Virus record (IMG/VR): IMGVR_UViG_3300028558_000791
Coordinates: 372,001-436,000 of that record
Reading direction: 5' to 3' (one strand)
DNA length: 64,000 nt
The stretch's first letter is position 1. Every line of letters starts with the position of its first letter. Both the position numbers and the translations under genes were made by a program. A model generated the notes under the pieces. It did not search any database. It worked only from the letters and a program-made list of their open reading frames with translations, and was not told the DNA's origin. Below, piece after piece: positions 58,829-64,000 of this stretch.

Positions 58829-59188
58829 ATGTGCAATCCCGATGTGGATACTAAGGTCGAGTTGGCGAGACTGCCACAACTCCTACGGGAGAGGGGATGG
58901 TCAAGCTCAGAAGTCAAGAAGGACTATCCTGGTTCTTCTGGTCCTGGCGACTGGATCCAAGGTTCCTCGGGGCCAACCGAAACCCACCAGGGGATCACTT
59001 TCTTCTCTGGCACACCATTCCAGGTGATTGCCCGTGAGGATGACCTAAAGGTACGAGTAGGTTGGCCGGCACAAGGAACGACTACCTATACTTGCTTCTC
59101 AGCAGAGCAGGTGGAATGGTGGTTGGGTAAGATACTGGAGATGGCCGACAAGGACATTGCTGATAGACGACGGGCCTTACTAGTCTGA
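58829..59188 (+). CDS. Hypothetical protein
   Basis: AGGAG RBS. Confidence 0.7.
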   Translation: MCNPDVDTKVELARLPQLLRERGWSSSEVKKDYPGSSGPGDWIQGSSGPTETHQGITFFSGTPFQVIAREDDLKVRVGWPAQGTTTYTCFSAEQVEWWLGKILEMADKDIADRRRALLV

Positions 59189-59191
59189 GAT

Positions 59192-59271
59192 GTAGCTAAG
59201 AGAGCGTAGGTTCGCTCAAGGGTGTTGTAACCCTGGCCTGATCAACCGTGGTTCGAGTCCACCTAGCTACC
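59192..59271 (+). tRNA. Degenerate tRNA / tRNA-like RNA (non-canonical anticodon loop, identity uncertain)
   Basis: GTAGCTA/TAGCTAC acceptor, GAGCG/CGCTC D-arm, AGGGT/ACCCT with 6-nt loop GTTGTA, GTGG-TTCGAGT-CCAC T-arm; no encoded CCA. Confidence 0.55.
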
Positions 59272-59272
59272 C

Positions 59273-59410
59273 GAGCTGACTGTCACACCGAAGGATACGA
59301 CCCTCTCCAAAGAACCCCCAGGGAGGCTACGGAGGATCTTTTCGTCCCTCGATGGACTAGGTGGCACATCCCCGAAGGTGGTTGGGGAAGTGTGCAACGA
59401 CAGTCGGCTC
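59273..59410 (+). ncRNA. Candidate structured RNA
   Basis: 12-bp closing stem GAGCTGACTGTC/GACAGTCGGCTC; internal GCACATCCCC/GGGGAAGTGTGC hairpin. Confidence 0.45.
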
Positions 59411-59439
59411 TCTAATTGCACTCTGCAAAACAGGAGCCA
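59405..59439. promoter_or_regulatory. Inverted double sigma54-like element, copy 8
   Basis: CGGCTCTCTAATTGCA-ctc-TGCAAAACAGGAGCCA; GG-N10-GC on both strands. Confidence 0.6.
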
Positions 59440-59481
59440 TCGGTGCTCCCATTCACGGCACGACGAAAGCCGAGGGAGTCG

Positions 59482-59670
59482 ATGTATCCTATCGTTTGCA
59501 AACATCACAAGGAACATTGCGAGGACTGCGCTATGTGTCGTAACTTCGACCAGGCTGTCCAACAGAGCTTAGTGAGTTTCAAGCCTCATCCTAGCCAACA
59601 CTCCACGGTCATGATGCCGAGAATCAAGGCTTGGATTGACTCAGTGTTTCCGGTTCCCATCAAGTCATAG
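59482..59670 (+). CDS. Small Cys/His-rich protein MYPIVCKHH...
   Basis: GAGGGAG RBS. Confidence 0.65.
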   Translation: MYPIVCKHHKEHCEDCAMCRNFDQAVQQSLVSFKPHPSQHSTVMMPRIKAWIDSVFPVPIKS

Positions 59671-59676
59671 GGCCAC

Positions 59677-60045
59677 ATGAAACTCCTACTCAACGCCATT
59701 CAATGTCTGTCATGTGATGAAGTGATTGTCTCTCGGGACCGTCATGACTTCAAGACATGCAAGTGTGGTAAGGTTAGCGTGGATGGTGGGTTGGACTACA
59801 AACGGCGTGCCTTCCAGGGAGTACATAGTTACTTGGAGCGTTGTGCCTGGACCTATTCCAAGAACACCAATCCCAGCGATGTGGTAGACAAGTTCATTGT
59901 CTGGAGTCCTGGCGGCAAGACCAATCCTGGAGTCATCTTCGACTATCAGGGCGATGCCGAAGCATCGGCCAAGGAACTATCGGCCAGGGTTCCAGAGAGT
60001 GATTGGTACGTGGCACAACTGTATCACGTGCCCACTAAGCCATGA
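59677..60045 (+). CDS. Zn-ribbon protein
   Basis: NAIQCLSC..VIVS..RHDFKTCKCG.VSVDGG. Confidence 0.8.
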   Translation: MKLLLNAIQCLSCDEVIVSRDRHDFKTCKCGKVSVDGGLDYKRRAFQGVHSYLERCAWTYSKNTNPSDVVDKFIVWSPGGKTNPGVIFDYQGDAEASAKELSARVPESDWYVAQLYHVPTKP

Positions 60046-60749
60046 TTCGCTGGCTACTTGCCAAGCTCTGGGAGAAGGTCAATCTACCTGCTGTCTATCG
60101 AGAGATGAAAGCTCTTGGTAAGAAGCATGGTCGAAGATTCTTCTGGGCGGCTATCATCTGGGAAGCCATCGAAGACATCGTGCTCCCATTCATCGCCTGG
60201 TTGTGCGGAGTGCCAGAGTTGATTCCGGTCTTCCTGGTCCTGCACTTCGAGCCCATCGTTTACCCTGCCTTCTTCTGGGGATTCAAAACCTGGGACCGGC
60301 TACATGGTAGGGAACCTTGGGAGCCTAATCGAGAAGCTCAGTCTACACACTGGCGTTCTATCCTGAAAGGACTCACACTTCATCTGACTGTCTCTGGCTG
60401 GTTGTTACAGGTTGTTGCCTGGAAGCCACTAGCTATCCTGATGGTACTGATGAGTCTCTTTGGATTCATTCACGAGCGTATCTGGCATGATACTAACTAT
60501 GGTATCATTGGAGATGATGTAGTTCAGTATCGGCGAAGCCTCGCTAAAGCTGGCACCTACTTGCTCATCTCCAGCATGACACTGTATCCTCTCCTGAAGG
60601 TTACTGGCTCGGTGCATATTCTGCATTCGTTGCTACTGGCTCAAGGTATAACGGGTTTCTTGTACCTGTTGTTGGAGAGTGTGTGGGCCAAGTCTAAGTG
60701 GGGTGTGACTCCCATTCACCCGCCTGATGACCCCGAGGAACATCGATAA
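60042..60749 (+). CDS. Multi-pass membrane protein (DUF2061-like HERIW motif)
   Basis: Several TM segments; HERIW...YG and ESVW...WG internal repeat. Confidence 0.75.
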   Translation: MIRWLLAKLWEKVNLPAVYREMKALGKKHGRRFFWAAIIWEAIEDIVLPFIAWLCGVPELIPVFLVLHFEPIVYPAFFWGFKTWDRLHGREPWEPNREAQSTHWRSILKGLTLHLTVSGWLLQVVAWKPLAILMVLMSLFGFIHERIWHDTNYGIIGDDVVQYRRSLAKAGTYLLISSMTLYPLLKVTGSVHILHSLLLAQGITGFLYLLLESVWAKSKWGVTPIHPPDDPEEHR

Positions 60750-60754
60750 AACAT

Positions 60755-60946
60755 ATGCTGACTCCCGAGGAAGCTGTTGCCTATCACTTCATCAAGGCTT
60801 GGTTGGCGTGGGAAGAGGCCCATGACATTCAAGAATGGATGGAGCGAGGTTTCAAGTTCAACGACGCTGATAGCCATCTCTATCAGGCCATTGGGCTTGC
60901 TGGATTGAAGTGGCCTTGGGAGTATCGCCTTCCCCGCAAGAGGTAG
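60755..60946 (+). CDS. Small hypothetical protein
   Basis: ORF in operon. Confidence 0.6.
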   Translation: MLTPEEAVAYHFIKAWLAWEEAHDIQEWMERGFKFNDADSHLYQAIGLAGLKWPWEYRLPRKR

Positions 60947-60950
60947 CAAC

Positions 60951-61556
60951 GTGGCCTACACTGGACAACAACGGTTCCTACTCAGAGACGCTGACAAGTA
61001 TCTCGAATTGGGATATCGAGTTGGCCTAGCTAAGGACAAGAAGTTCCTCAAGGAATACAAGAACACAACGACCATGACCTTCTGGGGTCCAATGCAGACT
61101 ACTCCAGAAGTGAACGTTGACTTCAATGGCATCTCAATCATCCCCGATGAGATTGTCTGCGTGGACATTGACATACCAGACTTCAGTGTTGTGTACGAGG
61201 AACTACCTCCTACCTTCAAGGAGAAGACGCCACGTGGTTGGCATCTCTGGTATCGTCTACCACAAGTGATTGGCGCACCCTGGTCACCGCAGATCAAGTG
61301 GCGCCCGCATGTTGACTTACTGACAACAGAGAAGATTGTCACACTCAGTCTTGGTTCTCCCTTCAAACGGCGGTCTCGCTATGACACTGGGGATGACGAT
61401 GATGGGCAAGACGAACCGGCCATCGTCTCACACTGGGGTGAGCATGTGCTAAGCAGTGGAACTACAGGCTATCAACGAATGTGGCCTGATGAGACTCCTG
61501 CAAAAGCTGATCTTCCGATGGCGCCTCAATGGCTCCAAGACGCGCTGCTCAAGTAA
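60951..61556 (+). CDS. Bifunctional primase-polymerase (Prim-Pol)-like domain protein
   Basis: VCVDID, KTPRGWHLWY, C-terminal PMAPQWL. Confidence 0.7.
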   Translation: MAYTGQQRFLLRDADKYLELGYRVGLAKDKKFLKEYKNTTTMTFWGPMQTTPEVNVDFNGISIIPDEIVCVDIDIPDFSVVYEELPPTFKEKTPRGWHLWYRLPQVIGAPWSPQIKWRPHVDLLTTEKIVTLSLGSPFKRRSRYDTGDDDDGQDEPAIVSHWGEHVLSSGTTGYQRMWPDETPAKADLPMAPQWLQDALLK

Positions 61557-61568
61557 GGGCTCCCATTC

Positions 61569-61880
61569 ATGGAACCGGCTAAGCTGACTCATGTGGCGGT
61601 TCGAGTAAGAGGAGTCCTCTACTCACTACCGTCTCCCAACAGACACCATCATATCCTCTGGATTCTTGCCAAGAGAAAAGGCGATGAGGGTGCGCCAGAG
61701 GTGGCTGACGAGCACCTGCTAACGGAGACCTTGAATGCTGGCGATAACAGTCAAGGTTTCTTGGATGCCGATGGTCAGTACCTAAACAGGGCTGACGGTC
61801 TAATCAGGGCGCAAGCTACTGGACAGATCAAGAACGGGAAGACTATCGGAAGTGTTCTCACTTCGGAGGACTTGTGGTAA
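61569..61880 (+). CDS. Hypothetical protein
   Basis: RHHHI...QGFLD..G.YLNR...LTSEDLW; the ATG lies within the repeat (CTCCCATTCATG). Confidence 0.8.
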   Translation: MEPAKLTHVAVRVRGVLYSLPSPNRHHHILWILAKRKGDEGAPEVADEHLLTETLNAGDNSQGFLDADGQYLNRADGLIRAQATGQIKNGKTIGSVLTSEDLW

Positions 61881-62059
61881 TGGCCAACGAACAATCGGTT
61901 GCGGTCAACATCGAGAAGCTGGGTGAGTTTCATACTCGCCAAGACAAGTGCCCGAGCTGCAAGAGCAAGGACATCAAACAGACTGACCCACCGGAGAACG
62001 GTACGCACTCCAAGGAGTGCAACATCTGTGACTATCACTGGATGGAAACGCTTTCGTAG
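61880..62059 (+). CDS. Small Zn-ribbon protein
   Basis: CPSC...CNIC; TAATG overlap. Confidence 0.7.
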   Translation: MANEQSVAVNIEKLGEFHTRQDKCPSCKSKDIKQTDPPENGTHSKECNICDYHWMETLS

Positions 62060-62094
62060 CGCCTCCCATTCACGGCACATCGGGGGCCGAAGCC

Positions 62095-62493
62095 ATGAGC
62101 AAGCAGAACGAAATCGTACTCAAGCTGTATGACGAAGAGGGAGACGAGGTGGAGCACACCTTCCCTTCCAAGAACGAAGTGTGTCCGACCTGTGAAGGAT
62201 TCGGTACTCACCTCAACCCCAGCATCGGCAACCATGCTTACACCATGGAAGAATTCAACGAGTCCTTCGATGAAGAAGGTAAGGAAGAATACTTCCGTCG
62301 GGGCGGCATCTACGATGTCACCTGCGAAGAGTGCAAGGGCAACAAGGTCATCCAGGTAGTGGATGAGGACCATCTTAGCGATGAGCAGAAGAAGCTTTAC
62401 GCAGAGTGGGAAGAGCAAGAGGAAGAACGAATCAGTGATGAGAGGGCTGATGCTCGCACTCGCTACTACGAATCTGGAGGCTACGATTACTGA
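62095..62493 (+). CDS. DnaJ-type CxxCxG Zn-finger protein
   Basis: CPTCEGFG...CEECKG. Confidence 0.8.
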   Translation: MSKQNEIVLKLYDEEGDEVEHTFPSKNEVCPTCEGFGTHLNPSIGNHAYTMEEFNESFDEEGKEEYFRRGGIYDVTCEECKGNKVIQVVDEDHLSDEQKKLYAEWEEQEEERISDERADARTRYYESGGYDY

Positions 62494-62846
62494 TGCCATC
62501 TCCCATTCACAATCCGTCGTTCGTCCAACGTAATCCAGCCACCAAGGAAATTGATGTGCAAGCCAGCCTGCGTATCATTGCCAAGGACTTGATTACTCAG
62601 AGGGACGAAGAGAAGCGGGTTCGCTCCAGTCGTCGGTATCGCAATGCGGTCCGGGCTGTCCTTCTCGCCAATAACAACATCCCCATGACCAGGGCAGAGT
62701 TGGTCCGTGGTGCCATCACCAAGCTCAGAGTCAAGGATTCCGAACGGACCAAGACGCTGGATGACTTGTGGAACCATGTCACCGCCAACCGCGAATTCGG
62801 CTACCTGTATATGGCAGGCCGAGGAATGAATCTCAAGCAACCATGA
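62493..62846 (+). CDS. Basic hypothetical protein
   Basis: TGATG overlap; N-terminus MPSPIH encoded by the repeat. Confidence 0.7.
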   Translation: MPSPIHNPSFVQRNPATKEIDVQASLRIIAKDLITQRDEEKRVRSSRRYRNAVRAVLLANNNIPMTRAELVRGAITKLRVKDSERTKTLDDLWNHVTANREFGYLYMAGRGMNLKQP

Positions 62847-63172
62847 AGCTCCCATTCATCGCCTCACTCATCGCTCTCGTCAGTGTCGTGGGTTGTGCAG
62901 CAGCCCCGCCCCCTGCACCGTTGCCTCCAGTGGTGGTGACCATCAGGGACATCCCGACTCCTCCCGTCAGGGGTGAAGTTGTGGAGGACTCGGTTGTGGT
63001 GGTGGAGTCTGTCCAAGAGGAGACTCACGAGGCCATGAATCCCGAGGACTACCAGAGGTTGTCTGGTCTTATTCACCGTGAGACGGCCAGCATCAAGTGT
63101 GTCTGCACTGCGGGTGACCCGCACTGCTTCTGCCGACTGCCCAACGGCCCCAAGATTCTTCCCAAGGAGTGA
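62843..63172 (+). CDS. Putative lipoprotein MKLPFIASLIALVSVVGC
   Basis: ATGA overlap; lipobox VVGC; CVC..GDPHC. Confidence 0.75.
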   Translation: MKLPFIASLIALVSVVGCAAAPPPAPLPPVVVTIRDIPTPPVRGEVVEDSVVVVESVQEETHEAMNPEDYQRLSGLIHRETASIKCVCTAGDPHCFCRLPNGPKILPKE

Positions 63173-63175
63173 GTC

Positions 63176-63487
63176 ATGAGTGAGTATCTCAATAAGAACG
63201 GACTAGTGCAGGGTCTCATTCCTGCCAATACCGCTTGTCCGTTCTTGGAGAACTGCAAGCTCAAGGTTCACACCTGTCCTGGTGTGGATGGCAAGATGAA
63301 GCCAAACCACTTCTCTTGTGCCGCTGCCAGACTACACTCCGCAATCGCTCAAGCGGCTGATGCTCCCGCCTTTCAAGCTAAGGCTAGGAGTATCGTGGAG
63401 AAAGAGCCAACTCTCTTCGAGATTAGGCGCGGCAAAGCTTACATTACTTTTGGTAGTATGCCTGCCGTCAAGGATCCCAACAAGTGA
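63176..63487 (+). CDS. Cys-containing hypothetical protein
   Basis: AAGGAG RBS. Confidence 0.7.
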   Translation: MSEYLNKNGLVQGLIPANTACPFLENCKLKVHTCPGVDGKMKPNHFSCAAARLHSAIAQAADAPAFQAKARSIVEKEPTLFEIRRGKAYITFGSMPAVKDPNK

Positions 63488-63615
63488 AACCGTCTCCCAT
63501 TCACTGCAAGGTCTGTCAACACAACATGGGACGGTCCAGGGTCAAGGGTGGCCGAGTGCGGTGTAATAACTGCAAGACGGTTTATATCGTTACCATAGTC
63601 CCCAAGAAAGACTGA
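63484..63615 (+). CDS. Small Zn-ribbon protein (43 aa, not in the ORF track)
   Basis: GTGA overlap; MKPSPIHCKVC...CNNC. Confidence 0.6.
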   Translation: MKPSPIHCKVCQHNMGRSRVKGGRVRCNNCKTVYIVTIVPKKD

Positions 63616-63616
63616 C

Positions 63617-63943
63617 ATGGCTACCTACAAAGTCGAGCTGGATGCTGATGGACGTACTCACTATGTGATGGACTTGAAGTCTGGTCACGGCAAGGAGAAG
63701 TATGCTCACACCATGCTCATCTACTACTACCCGGCAGGTGACATCGACACTCGTATGAAAGACGCTCATATGATGTATGGCGCCCTTTACGATCTCTTCC
63801 AGACTCACGATGACTTGAAGGAAGGCGACATCTTCGAGACTGAGTTTGGTCACTACCGATGTGAAGGGGTTCACGTTCTACCCAACTTCGAGTTGGGGCC
63901 GCAGCCCGAGTACATGACTCGTCAACACAACTTGGAGTGGTAA
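63617..63943 (+). CDS. Hypothetical protein
   Basis: 108-aa ORF followed by a repeat copy. Confidence 0.7.
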   Translation: MATYKVELDADGRTHYVMDLKSGHGKEKYAHTMLIYYYPAGDIDTRMKDAHMMYGALYDLFQTHDDLKEGDIFETEFGHYRCEGVHVLPNFELGPQPEYMTRQHNLEW

Positions 63944-64000
63944 ACCCGCTCCCATTCACGAACCGCAAACGAGGAAGACCATGGACAACACCACACCGCC

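Larger units (their letters stand above)
47979..63959 (+). repeat. Dispersed polar repeat CTCCCATTCA(C/T), 37 copies, all on + strand
   Basis: Starts at 47979, 48528, 48771, 49440, 49617, 49872, 50295, 50645, 50861, 51236, 51419, 51984, 52482, 52583, 53009, 53297, 53538, 54068, 54464, 55182, 55616, 55925, 56292, 56520, 56968, 57094, 57383, 58761, 59446, 60183, 60709, 61560, 62063, 62500, 62849, 63494, 63949; variant TTACCATTCAC at 57984. Confidence 0.95.

Noticed and set aside
47979-63959. CTCCCATTCAC repeats as a CRISPR array or integron attC sites
   Set aside because: The repeat is only 10-11 nt, spacing is irregular (about 100-1400 bp) and includes whole genes, there is no attC-like long palindrome, and no cas or integrase gene is in the window.
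47901-63968. Minus-strand and alternative-frame ORFs in the GC-rich region
   Set aside because: They overlap + strand genes that have clear RBS and codon bias; high GC lengthens spurious ORFs.

Overview
This is a 64-kb segment of a large (jumbo-type) dsDNA phage genome. The host is probably a myxobacterium (Myxococcota/Polyangiaceae-like), inferred from an FGE-sulfatase gene, lipoprotein style and sigma54-type sites. It has five blocks. (1) 1-20.8 kb: Thr/Gly-rich virion and tail-fibre genes plus three LamG paralogues; a ~65-aa module is nested inside itself in Russian-doll fashion. (2) 20.8-31.7 kb: nucleotide-metabolism and translation genes (folA, thyX, guaB-like, infA, DEDDh exonuclease, SET-domain protein, HD hydrolase, dut). 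(3) 31.7-45.2 kb: an array of 26 small, highly divergent CxxC proteins, 25 of which end in a shared K-L-K-x-Y-L-x-F-S-stop type tail. Most are chained by ATGA overlaps, and an RF2 and a kinase-like gene are embedded in the array. (4) 45.2-47.5 kb: three proteases of three catalytic classes. (5) 47.8-64 kb: an abruptly GC-richer, one-directional 'early'-type region. It carries 37 same-strand copies of CTCCCATTCA(C/T), eight inverted double sigma54-like elements, a type II hammerhead ribozyme candidate, tRNA-like folds and several closed structured-RNA cassettes. Blocks 3 and 5 are the best candidates for undescribed systems. All calls were made by eye; no database search or folding program was run.
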